Below, in pieces: positions 27,291-39,966 of a DNA stretch of 64,000 nt (position 1 is the first letter of the stretch; the number at the start of each line of letters is the position of its first letter). The translations under genes were made by a program, and so were the position numbers. The notes below the pieces were generated by a model. The model ran no database searches. It had not been told where the DNA came from and worked only from the letters and a program-made list of their open reading frames with translations. The stretch is from the NCBI GenBank assembly GCA_003971905.1, contig RSEE01000003.1, forward strand, positions 248,001-312,000, written 5' to 3'. This DNA comes from Moniliella sp. 'wahieum' (Eukaryota).

Positions 27291-29270
27291 CCCCATCTAC
27301 ATTGGGCGGTGGATGTGCTGTCCGTGATCGTGTGCGCGAGGAGGACAAGATGGACTTCTGCAAGCCCCCGGTGCATGGCTGCCAACAGCAAAAATACATA
27401 ACCTAGCAAATCGATGGAGGCGGAAGCAAACTGCAAAAAGCAACCAGCTCTACTTGAATGAATATTGAATGAAGAAGCCGGCAGAAGCTATGACATGCAT
27501 GCCATTTGAAGCGTGTGTGAGGCGTGACGCGTGACGCGTGACGCCACACTGGTGTAGTGACTAATGACTAGTGACGCGTGACGCCGGGAGCCCAAAACCG
27601 GAACCTTCCGGTTCATTCCTTGCAACAATCCGTCCTGAAGGACGGAAATATTCCCTAGCCTCTGTGTAGCTCATGTGCAATGCAATACACCGTCAACTGC
27701 CTGTTCTCTGGTCTTCTACAATTTGAAGCTGAGCGCATGAGGCGCTTACATTTTATGCTGCTGAGCTGCTGAGGCTCAGCGCTGGGCGCGCTGAGCCCTG
27801 CTGGACCCACCGGCTGACCCTTCAGATCGATGAAGGCTGCACTGTTCCTGCTGAGCGCTGAGGAGGGCTGGCGCTGAGGGCCCTGGGGTGTGATGTCTGA
27901 TGGGTGTGAGGCACTGTACAACTGATGTCTGATGCCGATGTGCATGACGATCTCGATGATCTTCGGCCCAAGTATGTCTCTGGTCTAGCAGAGACCGGGA
28001 CCTGGGAGAGGAACAGCGAAGAAGGCAGGCTCGGCGCGCTCAGCAGGTTCGGCAGGTTCAGCCAGCAGGCTGAGCAGGTGCTGATTATCGATTTCCCAGT
28101 GCCAGGTAAGCCAAGCAAGACCAGAGGAGGGGTAGCCGGTAGGGAGGAGTATCGGCCGGGTTCTCCGAGTCAAAACTTTGATGCGAAGCATACGATGGAG
28201 ATGCTGTCCATGTTCCTACGCAATGATTTGCTGCGCAGATGACGCGGATCATCGATAAGATTTCAGATCGAGATTCACCTGGAAGATAGCCATGCACGAA
28301 GCACTGCGCTTGTTCGAAAGGGGATCTGCGATCGCCGGCAGCGGCACCTGCGCACCCTCCCCCACTGCTGCCAGCAGCGGCACAGCAGCAGACTGCGTTA
28401 GCAGCCCATGCGAGCAGTGCGGCTAAGCCTCAGCGCCGCAGCGCTGAACCACTCAGTGCAACAGCCGAAGAGGCGCTGCGCGGCGTTTGGCCAGCTAGCG
28501 CAGGCTGGCGCACTGCCTCCGCCTGGTGCGTCCCGGCGCAGGGCAAGTCACTGTCACGAATGCCCACCGTCACCCAGTCACCAGTCACTGGGCACTAGGC
28601 ACTGGGCACTTGCGAAGCCATGGTCGTGGCCGTCACCGACATGTCATGTTCATGTCACAGTCACCATCACCATCACCAGGTCACCGGTCACCTGCCTGCG
28701 CAGCTCGCATGTCCGTGGCGCTGCTCCCGGCAGTTGGACCAGGTTGGAAACTGCGGGCCGCATCTGCGCGCTCAAAGTACGTTCAACGTACCGTTCGACT
28801 GCATCGATGAATTGAGCGGTGCACGTAGTACGTACGGGGAGCGCTGAGTGCCTCTGCGCCACTGCTTGCCACAGGCCGACGCATGGTGCCGGTCACCGGG
28901 CGGCACACGCGCGAGGCACTGCAGCCCAGCGCCCCGGCTTCCTTGCCACTAGCCACTGCCGCGCCGTGCGGCTCTCGCGTGCGCCGGTGTCCGGCCGACA
29001 CACCCAGCTGCGCCAGCGCTGGCTGGTTGGTCCGTTGCGCCCACACCAACCCAGTCCGTGCGCGGTGTCACGCGTCAGCGCTCAGTTACTCAGTGCCAGT
29101 TGCGCCCAGGCTCAATTCGCAGTGCCAAGACGCGCGCATCGCAAACGGCTGCCGCCGTGCGAGCAGCATGGCACACAGGCGCCGTGCACCATCAGAATCC
29201 TTTTTCTAGGCCCATCAGCGCTTCCTGTCGTCTTCCCTCCCCCCACCACCTCCTTCTTCTGTTCGTCACA

Positions 29271-30168
29271 ATGCAGCTCAAGGCCGCCCTTACCCTCCTC
29301 GCTGCCGCCGGCGCCGCCGTGGCCCAGCAGTTCACCATGAACACCCCCACCCAGGCCCTGATTGCCGTACGTTGGCCCTCCATGTTTTCCCCTCCGCCAC
29401 CATCCACAGCACTGACTCCATTTTTCGTATCAAGTGCGTGCCTGTCCTCCTTACGTGGCAAGCGGTGCCGGCCCGTACACACTGGTGATTCACACCTACA
29501 GTGGTTCTGCTGGCCCCGTTGTCGACACGATCCAGAACCTCTCTGGCACTAGCTACACCTGGACCCCTACCTCTGCTGTGGCGGGCCAGGAGCTTCAGTT
29601 CGACCTGACTGACTCTACCGGTGCCATCGCCCAGACTGGTGGCACCCCCAACGCCGTGCTTTCCAACGACCAATGGTACGTTTCAACTATCTTCTCTTCT
29701 GATTCGTTCTTCTAATCGATTCTTGTTGTTAGTGGCGCATCGTCGTCGGCTGGCAGCTCCAGCGGCGCTGCTGCTCCTTCCTCGTCGGCTGCGTCGTCCT
29801 CGGCTGCGTCGTCGTCCGCCTCCCCGTCTTCGTCGGCTGCTAGCCATTCGTCTTCGTCGGCTGCCAGTCATTCGTCCTCGTCGGCGGCTCCCTCGTCCTC
29901 GTCGGCTGCTCCCTCGTCTTCGTCGGCTGCTCCCTCGTCTTCGTCGGCTGCTCCCTCGTCTTCGTCGGCTGCTCCTTCGTCTTCGTCGGCTGCTCCTTCG
30001 TCCTCGGCTGCGGCCTCTTCGTCGGCCCCTCACTCGAGCTCGGCCCCCTCTTCTGGCCCTGCCGCTTCGGGCAGCAGCTCTCAATCCAGCAGCTCGGCTG
30101 CCGGCTCCCTTCGTGTGCCCGCCGCTGTGGCTGGTTTCGTTGGCCTTGCCGCCGCTGTCCTCCTTTGA
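29271..30168 (+). CDS. Secreted Ser-rich GPI-anchored cell-surface protein
   Basis: Signal MQLKAALTLLAAAGAAVA. Small beta-type domain (FTMNTPT...GPYTLVI...GTSYTWT...LQFDLTDSTGAIAQ). Two introns, Ser/Ala/Pro repeats, and GPI-like tail SAAGSLRVPAAVAGFVGLAAAVLL*. Confidence 0.85.
29880..30020 (+). repeat. 21-bp coding tandem repeat (SAAPSSS)n
   Basis: tcggctgctccctcgtcttcg repeated about 6 times. Confidence 0.85.
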
Positions 30169-33100
30169 GTGGAGCACTCCCTCGCGCTTTCGTTGTTGAC
30201 GGGATGAAGACGTTCTTTGTGCCAACCTCACCTTTACACTCTTCGCCGTCGAGTAGCAATGCAATACTGGTCGGGTACGGTTGTCGTGCGCTGCGCGTGT
30301 AACCGTGTGCGACCGGTTGCTACCAATACCTATATCGTCACTCTGCTTGAACGATGTTGCTTCCCTGTTTCCACCTCCATTTTGTGTTCTCTTTACTCTC
30401 CTCGCTGCCGTCACGGCTATTTCATCTCATTTACTCCCCGACCTCTTCTGCCTGTAGGTCCTTCGTTGCTGGCGCTTTTGTCGGGTCATGATGCGGAACG
30501 AATTTCTTATTCCATTTGTATCAGCCCGACTCCATGTGGCCAGTAGAAGGCCATAGAGCGAGCACCATACTATTGCCAGGATATGTCGGCGCGCCTTACG
30601 CTGCCGTCTTCAAGCGATGCTGGCGATGCATTCTTCCGTGATGTTGTGAATTGCTGTTGTATGAGGCTGGATTTGTACAGCAAACTCATGAAACGCACAC
30701 AACACGGATTCTATGGAGCGTTGGATGTATTGAACGTTGATGTTGACGTTGCCCGTGCCGACAAAGCCACTACTAGCACTAGCCATCTAGTCCTACTCGA
30801 TCCGCAACGTACTTTCCCAGCCCCTCGCGCAGCCCGATGAGAATGTAGAGTTGTCGTAACAATAGGGAAATGCATGTGACAACAACAGAAGGTGCCATTG
30901 TGATGTGACATGTGACATGTAGATGTGATGTGCGCAATTGCATGACGCGTGATGATCGATGATCGATGACGCCTGTGACCTGCTCGCACCCTTCCCCATG
31001 CCAGAAATTGTCTTGGAGGCCTGCCGAAACCAGAGCGGATTGGAGCCTGACAGTGGTCTTGTGCCGCCAGAGCACGGGGGCACTGGCGTGTACCATCCCT
31101 TCCGGCTGGGCGATGGTGACCGGTGAGATCTGATATCTGTCGAGATCATATACTCGTTGGCTCTGTTCCCTGACGGCCTGACCTTTTATCGTTTTGCGGT
31201 GTGCACGAAAGGTTCCACGGGTCACCCACCCTGCCGGCCTTCCCTGTCGGCTGCTATTGCTGGTGTGGATCATCTTCCCGAAGACATCATGACCCACATC
31301 TCTTCTCGTCCATCGTCGGACCTCTCTTCTCTCCCCCCCTACAATAATAGAAGCAGAAGGCAGAGGAGGTTATGGTCTAACCTTGGTGGCGCCTCCAAGT
31401 AACTCCCGCAAGATGAACGGTTTGGTTTAGATGCAGCGTTTCCCTGTCCCAACCTTAAGCTCAGTCAATGATATGGATGCAGTATAGAAGAGCAACTATT
31501 GGAGGTATAACTAAAGTAGGTGACAACTTGAATAAGGCTTGACGGTTAACGCGTGCGAGTCACGGCAAGCGGTGGAGAGCATCATGTGCCCGCATTCCGC
31601 GGTACGATATCTCCAACCTGCTAATAACATGGGCATGAGTGAAGCTTGAAGCTTGAAGCTTGATTGGAGGGACATGTCACCGTCGCAATCGGTTCTGGGT
31701 GCCACACAGTTTCGTGCAACAGCTGCTTTCGGAGGGCATGGGAGGGGAAGGGGGTAAGTTTGACAAGACAGGATTTCCCTCCCGAGAAGTCACCTACTCA
31801 CCCTTGATGCGTTTTTCCTGTGTGTCTCAATTTTGTGCTCGAAAGAACTTCATTGCCTCGCTCAATTATATGCAGGCTAGAGACGGGCGAAGAAAGAATT
31901 TGAATGGAACCAATCCGTGGCACTTTTTCCTAAAGTATATCATTATACCATGGAGCTCCATGGGGTGGTGAGCACAAGGCAACAGTTCCAGTTCAACATG
32001 TACAAAATCATATACCTTCTTCATCTAGGTGAATTCGGCTATACCCACACCAACAGACTCGTTCACAATGCGCCCCACACCTGAACGACAGGCATATGGG
32101 TGTGTGATCCCTGAGAGCTGGAGCGAAGATAACTTATCCTTGTGCGTTTATATACTTGTAGTCACCTCCTCATATTTTAGCCCTGGCACAATGCGTCTTG
32201 AGCGAATTCAAAATTCACCCATATGGCTTTGTAACAGTGGATATGCGAGAGCAACGTTACGCCAGCATGCGCTGAAGAAAGTCGATGAGATTCTGACAGA
32301 GGTAACAAGATATTTATAGGGTGGCACACTTTCACTGGCCTCCAATCTTGTTATCTGTTGGCTATATAATATCCGTACCATATATATATCAGAGACTTCT
32401 CACGGCCGTTCATTCACCCAAGGACCATCACAACAGAGCCACTTCATAGTGGGTTTTACAGATTTTTGTCCTTCTCCTGCTTAATTTCGTTGCAATACAA
32501 TGTTGATTATGAAGACAACACCAGGAGAAGAGTCCTTAGGCCAGGTGTGACCCTTAGTAGATCTTTATATAACAGGCAGGCAAACGCCCACAAGCTATGC
32601 AATAGGCAACCGTCCAAGCTGTTGGTGGTCTGTTGCGATACAACATATGGCTGAAGTAACAATCAAGAGAAACGCCAGTGGAGTAACCACAGCAGAGTCC
32701 AGGTCCCTCTGGCTCCCCCGCCATTCACTTTCAAATAAGATTGGATACGAAAAAGCGCGGAAGAGATATTACGCGAGTGATGAACCATTTTTCCAATGAG
32801 ACTCTTCACCAAGAATCTTTGAAGTGCTCATACACCATGTCGTTGGTGGATTTGTTGGCTGCATAATACACCCGCGTAGTGTCCTCATGACCAACGGCGC
32901 GAAGAAAAATTCTTAGCGAGTCCCTCGTACTTCAAGGACGTTCTTATCGCATTCCGTTGGCTGCAACAGTCCATGCAGTTTCTTCTCGTACTATTCCACA
33001 AACGTTAGCACCTTCTTTATACCCATATTTTTGTTTCCGAGTCAGTTTGGAGTGTGGTCCACTTCCGTATCTGATCCTACAAACACCTCGGCTCCCGTTA

Positions 33101-33428
33101 CTCGGTAGTCCGTGCGCGTGAACCTCCCCGCGCGCGTTTCCTCTCTTCTTCTTCTTCTGGATGCAGGGCACACGCCTGAATATGATATAATCCCACACCC
33201 GGCACCATGCAACGCCCCGGCCTTGGATTCGGTTCGGGTGCAGGCCAAGTTAAGGGGCGCCAGCGATGGCATCACGGACCACATAATGTTAGCACTCTTG
33301 CTCTGTGCGCCGGGAACGGGAGAGGAGACGGAGTCGGATACCAATTTGGACCTGCTTCAGTATAAGCTAGAAAAGTACAAGGCCGCATGTAGCAAGAAGA
33401 GACAAGTATAGTTGAACGCACTGTCGTC

Positions 33429-34070
33429 CTAGGATACATTGCGGCCATCATCTCGTTGAGGTTCTTGGGTAGCTCCTACCGACTCTTCTCCGAGGTCCTG
33501 GGGTAGCTCCTACTAACTCTTCTCCCACATCCTCCCACAGCGCGCACACTGCATCGCAAAAACTCTCTCTCGCCATGTATACGGGTCAGTGAAGGCAACA
33601 AAAGCGGTAATAAGATAGGGCTTGACCACATTGGCCGGCGGAGTACGCGCATAGGGCACATAATTCATCTACGAGATGAGTGGACAGCCACATGATCCCA
33701 CATAATCTCCGAAAGGACAGGCTCATGAACATGGGCGTCAAGGTAATCGTCCTTCCTATCCTGGGAGGTCCTCATCCTCCCGCATCCGTCGAAACGCCAT
33801 ACGGAGGAAAGCGTCAGTCTCAGATAGCACTTCCAGCTTATTGCCGTCCAACGCTGCATGCAGCGAAGCAGGTGGCAATGTCTTGCCTCCAAAGTACATT
33901 ACAGCGGCAATAATTACAGGCGTCTCCTCCCTGAAGGGTGAGATGCCACCAAACTTGAGCATATCCGGCCTCAGGCCTTCAGACCAAGCCTCCTTCCATG
34001 ACACCTTGTCCCGAACCAAGTTCGTCAACAATTCTCATCTGCCACCTCTTTTCCCATGCAAGTACCCATG
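33429..34070 (-). CDS. Hypothetical protein (frameshifted) in a lower-GC block
   Basis: Successive frames LTNLVRDKVSWKEAWSEGLRPDMLKFGG...AFRRMREDEDL / QDRKDDYLDAHVHEPVLSEIMWDH / VKPYLITAFVAFTDPYTWRERVF, ending ...QEPQRDDGRNVS*. Contains a ~33-bp internal duplication at 33458-33526. Confidence 0.4.
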
Positions 34071-35477
34071 TTCTCGAGTCCCTTTTCCCGGATCTAGCCG
34101 CGGGGGTTCCCTTCGAGAGTAGATACTGGCGCAGGACAATCGATAATCGATAATCGATAAGGGCGAAGCTGGCGAGGCCCCACCTGGCCTGGTGTCGTTC
34201 GAAATCTCCGCTGGCCAGTCCGCCAATGACTAGTGGTACCTGTCTCTTGTGCTAAAATAGTAGTCAATATTCAATGCCGTCCACAGGTACGCCGCACGTG
34301 CCTCGACCCCCCCCCAGCGCCAGCTGCTACATATTACACTTCCGAAGTCGGCTGCACTGCAAAGGTGGAAAAAAAGGTGGCTTTTCCAGCCCGACAGCTG
34401 TATGAGGGAAGTGAAATACGAGGAGCACACACAAAAAAATACATGAGACGGATGTGAGTGAGCTCTTGGCAATGTGCAAATGGATGTCGGTCGTCGCTCA
34501 GCAGGGAATACGGGTGAGATGGTGGTGGAGGCCTTAGATCTCACATGTCACATGTCATAGAGGGTTTTGGATACGCATAGACGCACGGCTCCCTGCAAAA
34601 CTGGACAGGTGGTCCGTGGGATCCAGGAGAGATCCCTCCAAAAATACACGGAGAAAAGGAGCGCCACATACCACGCCACGTCCTACGTTCCTGATGGGCA
34701 GGGGCGTTGGGCACAGGGACACAGCAAGTGGGCGCCGTGCTTTTCCCCGCGTACGGGGAATTGGCTGGCACCCTGCCCGACGGCGTTCTGTGGCGTTGCG
34801 CCCACGCGGACAAATGGGCCACGGACGGGACAACGTCGTCGGCATAATTCGGTTGGGGATGGGCCCAGTACCAGTGTACCTTCCCCTGTTGGGATGGGCT
34901 CAGGCTGTCGCCGTGCGGGGGCTGGGCAGAATTGTCTCACACGAGCTCAGGCTGGCGTAGTGCAGCTTGCAAGTGTGCAGACGCGATTTTTTCTCGTTTC
35001 CCATTTGCTCTGTGTTCTGTGACACGTGAAGCTTGAAGTGTGGCCACATGCAACTGCTGCACGCATCCTGGGCAGCATGGGCGCTAGCGCTAACCGGCAA
35101 CCCCACAGGCCTCCTAGGCAAGCTGGTTCAATGTGCGCACAATGACTAGTGAGCTAGTGAGGGCTTGTGCCTCTACTAGGCAGATCATCGATCACCCATC
35201 GCCCCCTCCAGCCCTCCATCCCCTGAAGCTTGCAGCCTGAAGAGGCCCTGAGGGCCTGAGCAGGGCGTGAGGTCTGAGAAGGGGTGATAGCAAGACACGG
35301 ACTTATTTTCGCGCGGGCGAGCTTCAGCGAGGGGCGAGGATATATACTCTTGCTGGGCTGTTACCGCCTGCGTTCTTTTTGAACTACCACCTGCTTCATC
35401 ATGTTGGGACGAGCACGCACACCATCTCCCGCCCGCATGAATGGGACCACAGCATTCGCTCCGACCCGGACAGCAAG

Positions 35478-36944
35478 ATGAACGAGAAGGGGGATATTGA
35501 GTCTTCGGGGTTTGACAAGCTCCCTGCCTTGTCCAAGCCTGTCGAGGAGCGCGGCGTATTCGAGGTTGACGAAGGCGATCAAGACGGCGTGAAATTGATG
35601 GGCTGGAAGTATGCCTCGGTCCTCGTTGTCAAGGTGTCCTATGGTATTGGCGTTATGGGCATTCCCGCCACCTTCGCTACCCTTGGCTTTGTGGGTGGTG
35701 TCATCTGTCTCCTGGTGCTCTGGGGCATCAGCACACTCAGCGCTGTCTATGTGGCTCAGGTACGGGTGCGTCATCCTCAAATCCACAGCATTGCCGACTT
35801 TGGCGCCATTCTCGGTGGCCCGGCAATGGGTGAGGCTTTCGGGGCGATCTACATTATCCTCATGATCCTTGTCGCTGGCGCTTCCGTTTCGACGGTCACG
35901 ATCGCTCTTAATGCCGTGTCTTCCCACGCTATCTGCACGGTCGCCTGGGCTGGGATTGCGTGCGCCATCGTCTTGATTGCTGGTTCTGCCATGCCCGATA
36001 TGGAGCGCGTCGCGTTCATTTCATGGATCGGCCTGGGCTGCATTTTCTTCGCAAACTGGGTTTTGACGATTGCAGTGCTGGTCAAGGGACACCCCCCCGA
36101 CCGTCCCGCAGGCGCCTCGCTTGGAGTGTCGGCCACGACTTCCGTTCCCTTCTGGCAGGCGATGAATGCGGTGTGCAGCCAGTTATTTGCCTGCACTGGC
36201 TCCCCAATGTTCTTTTCCATCTCGGCCGAGATGAAACGCCCGGAACAGTTTGTCCGCAGCACGTTGATCGGCAACACCTTCCTCATTGCCAACTACCTCA
36301 TCATTGGTTGCTGCATGTACGCCCGCGCTGGTAAGTATCTTGCCAGCCCAGCGTTCAACACGGCCGGGCACACGTTCCGTATCATCTGCTATGCCATCTC
36401 TCTGTTCGGCCTCTTTGTCTCGTGTCTTCTTCTCACCCACTTGGGCGCCAAGTACATGTTTGTCCGTCTTCTGCGTGGGTCGCGGCACGTGGCTCACCGG
36501 ACCAAGACGCATCAAGTGGTCTGGACGTTGTGCTTCTTCACCGTTCTCGTTCTCGGCTTCATCCTCGCCATGGCCATTCCTATTTTCGGCCAAATCGTGT
36601 CGCTGGTGGGCGCTCTGACGGGCGGACTGCTTGTGGTCGTTTTGACCTCGCTGCTGATGCTTTATGACCTTTCGGATGACCCGACGGGCGCGAGTGATGT
36701 CTCGGAGGAGAAGGACCCATCCATCAAGGCTTCTGGCAGGTCGAACTGGGTCAGCCAGGCGTGGCGCCGCGGCACACAGGGTTCTCTCATTGACCAGATC
36801 CAATTGGTCGTCGCACTCTTCCTCCTGGTGCTCGGCGTGTTCATTGCCGTGTCAGGGACGTACGCTACGATCAAGTCTATCATTGTTAGCTACGATACTG
36901 GGGATGTGGGCCATGCCTTTTCCTGCGCCGACAACTCGGTGTAA
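35478..36944 (+). CDS. Amino-acid permease (AAAP/Aa_trans family, Mtr-like neutral amino-acid transporter)
   Basis: Uninterrupted ORF with about 11 TM segments. Motifs MGWKYASV, GIGVMGIPATFATLG, RHPQIHSIADFG, ISAEMKRPEQF, and the typical end AFSCADNS. TATA at 35341. Confidence 0.92.
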   Translation: MNEKGDIESSGFDKLPALSKPVEERGVFEVDEGDQDGVKLMGWKYASVLVVKVSYGIGVMGIPATFATLGFVGGVICLLVLWGISTLSAVYVAQVRVRHPQIHSIADFGAILGGPAMGEAFGAIYIILMILVAGASVSTVTIALNAVSSHAICTVAWAGIACAIVLIAGSAMPDMERVAFISWIGLGCIFFANWVLTIAVLVKGHPPDRPAGASLGVSATTSVPFWQAMNAVCSQLFACTGSPMFFSISAEMKRPEQFVRSTLIGNTFLIANYLIIGCCMYARAGKYLASPAFNTAGHTFRIICYAISLFGLFVSCLLLTHLGAKYMFVRLLRGSRHVAHRTKTHQVVWTLCFFTVLVLGFILAMAIPIFGQIVSLVGALTGGLLVVVLTSLLMLYDLSDDPTGASDVSEEKDPSIKASGRSNWVSQAWRRGTQGSLIDQIQLVVALFLLVLGVFIAVSGTYATIKSIIVSYDTGDVGHAFSCADNSV

Positions 36945-37339
36945 CGGGAGCAACGTACAGTACCCGCAACTCAACTACATTTAGCTGTGGACTTGGCTCA
37001 TGCTCATGCGAAGCAAGAATGGGTCCGATACCTTTACCCCACCGCACCTTTCCCCCCTGTCTATTTTCTACCGATGCGATGGTCGTCCTTATTCGCCTAT
37101 CGTAGAGCTGTGGACTGTACTTCATCTCCGACTTTATACGCACAGTGCGGGCGGGTTTGCTCGCTGTGCCTGCACCTAACCTCATGTGCACTGTGTATCT
37201 TGTGCATGAAACGATGGGATGATCTGTTGATGATCTTAATGGACGACGCTGTTACGAGTTCCTTTTATTGTTTTTGTGGGCTGTGCTATGTGAGAATAGA
37301 ATTGGAAATGCCTGCCAGAGAAGATAGCTGTGTTGGTGG

Positions 37340-37590
37340 ATTGGATGGAAGGAATGGGATGGGGTGGATGGGATGGGATGGCTGGGATGGGATGGCTGGG
37401 ATGGGATGGATGGGATGGGATGGATGGGATGGGATGGGACGGGTTGAGATGATTTGGATGAGTTGAGATGAATTGGATGAGTTGAGATGAATTGGATTGG
37501 AATGGTGGGTTGGATTGGAATGGGGGAGTGGCCGTGGAATGGTTGGCTGGAATGGATGGGCAGTGGGATGGGATTGAAGTGGATGGATCA
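37340..37590. repeat. (GGAT/GGGAT)n microsatellite-like tract
   Basis: gggatgggatggctgggatgggatggctgggatgggatggatggg... Confidence 0.9.
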
Positions 37591-38358
37591 GCTTTTCCAG
37601 CTACAGCTGAAGCCCTCGGCGCCTCGCCCAGGCCTGGAGGCCAGCCCACGAGTCAACCGAGCAATGACTAGCTGGCGGTCACATGTCTGCGCTTGAGGCT
37701 CAGGCGCGGAGCGCTAAGGCTCTGCGCGTCGGCGTTCCACGTTGCCACCCGTGGGCGTGGCACATGGGCCCACAGATGGCACCGCGCCTGTGTGGTGATC
37801 CTTGCCGGTGGGCCCCGGCCTAGGCGAGTGCGTGGCTAGCCCTGTGCCTGGCCTGCACGATCGGCGCCACAGGCGGTGTGACTGCCCGCGTGCGGCATGG
37901 GTCCGTCCGGTGACACACGGGTGACCAGCTTCCTCACGCGGCACGGCCTGCCACGGCGCCAGCCTGGCTGGATGGTCGTGCGCACTGGAAGCATTAAGCG
38001 CTAAGCGCTAAGCACGGCCGCCCTGGGACGCAGCACAGCACCCTGGCCCCACTCCAAACCAGACGCAAGGGGGCAGTGCTGGCTGCGCTCCATTAATCTC
38101 CCTCGCCTCTGCCTTTATAGCTCCCTGCAAGTTTCCATCTCCATCTTCACCCCCCCCCTCTCCCCTCTCCCCCCCACCCACCTCCACGCGCAACCCCAAC
38201 ACCAGCATCGGCACCAGCATCGGCACCAGCACCAGCACTCGCACCAGTGCCGCCACCAACTCCATCGTCCTTGTTTTCTCCCTCCCCCTTACACTACGTC
38301 CTACACTTCTTTTGTCTGCCCCCCCATCGTCCGAACGCCTTGCCCCGCATCCCCCTCT

Positions 38359-39966
38359 ATGTCCTCCAGCATCGACGTGCATCTGGGGCGCATCCCCCCC
38401 GCCCCTGGCGTCCCCGTCTCCAGTCGGCGCGTCAGCCTGATGTCAGCGACCAAGCGCCACTCTGGCTTGTCTGCCAGCCAGCGCCGCGTGTCCGTCCAGC
38501 ACTCGGTCTTCAACCCGCCCCCTGCCGGCCCAGAGCCTGCCATGCCCGCCGCATCTACTCTCTCGGCCACCCATGCGCCATCCAACCCGGCCGCACCGCC
38601 TGCCTGTGCCCTTCCCCGTGTCCAGCTCCCACAATCAGATTTTCCACGGCTCTCTCCACGCGCCTCGTCTTTACGCCACTCTCCTCGCTCTGGGAGGCAT
38701 GAGCGCATCGCTCAATCGCGCTCCTCCCGCAATGATATCTTTGACTCAGAGTATCGCGAGGAGATTGTGGCCACATGCACAAAGTTGAGGTGCGTACTTG
38801 ACCTGGCAACCCATGCCATGCCCATTGGATACCGACTGACCCAATTGGCTTTTCAGGAGGCGACGCGCCCCTCGCTGAGCTTGATTGACACACAACCTGA
38901 GGTGACATGGTCCATGCGGCCCTTTGTGCTTGACTTTATGATCGAGATGCACGCAGTGTTTCATTTCCTTCCGAGACGCTGTATGTGGGAGTGGGGATTC
39001 TGGATCGGTACTTGAGTAAGCGAGTGGTGCTCAAGAAGCATTACCAGCTCGCTGGTACGACTGCCATGTGGATAGCGGCCAAGTACGAGGATGCGAAGGA
39101 CTCGGTACCAACGGCGTCGGAGCTGGTGACCATGTGTGCAACGCGTTGGACGAATCGGCATTCCATCAAATGGAAGCGCACATCCTTGCTACGCTGAACT
39201 ACGACTTGGGACGTCCCTCTCATGAGACATGGCTCCGGCTCTACCTTCACGAGCTCGATTTGCCCACTGATGCTGCCCGGGCGGGGATGGGAGCTATGAC
39301 TCGCATGCTCCTCGAGGTCGCCCTTTACCACCGTACCATGGTTCCGATTGCTCCGAGTCAAGTTGTCCAGGGAGCCATGTATGTTGCTCGGCTGATGCTT
39401 GGCCACGGTAGTGCACGAGATCTGGTTGTGAGTGAGCAATTTCAAGGGATGAGCAAAGGCACGTACGAAACCATCCAGAAGCTCATGTCAGTCCTGCTTG
39501 CTGGGAATGTGTCCACCATGCTTCGGGCCAAGCACCGTCGTTCATTCCTTATGGCACAGGAGCGATTCGCATCATGTTCCCGCCCAGCCCAACCTCGTGC
39601 CAGATGCTAAACCCTAGTCCACCGAGGCGGGAGAGTGTACTGGCCACGCCACCGACCCGTGGTCGTGTTTCTATCGCTGCCCCTTCCATGCCTCCTACGC
39701 CGAGCCTGTGCCTTACCCCAGCAACGGCTATGACAGCCGACGAGGACGACCGGGGACCGCGTACCCCCTTGACTATGCTTTCGCCTCTGCCGGGCTATGA
39801 AACAGGGGATGGGGACATGTCGGCAGACACCAGCATGGACACCAGTGTGGACACCAGCATGGAATTGTCTCCTCCCTCGGTGTCCAAACCATCCAAACCT
39901 ACTGCACCCTTAATCACTCCGTCTATGGGCCCACAGATTGTCGTGGACACAGCCCAGGGGTTGTGA
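38359..39966 (+). CDS. Cyclin, G1-type (Cln1/Puc1-like)
   Basis: Cyclin box IDTQPEVTWSMRPFVLDFMIEMH...ILDRYLSKRVVLKKHYQLAGTTAMWIAAKYEDAKDSVPT and FHQMEAHILATLNYDLGRPS. PEST/TP-rich tail. One intron near 38790-38856. Confidence 0.88.

Noticed and set aside
27925..28297. Short ORFs in the palindrome-rich block
   Set aside because: No homology cue or splice structure, so not supportable.
29621..30414. Arg-rich ORFs (29621-30199 +, 29683-30414 -)
   Set aside because: Alternative-frame shadows of the Ser-rich repeat in the GPI protein.
36987..37696. GWDG/PSHP repeat ORFs
   Set aside because: Translations of the (GGAT)n microsatellite. The tract is internal and imperfect, so not telomeric.
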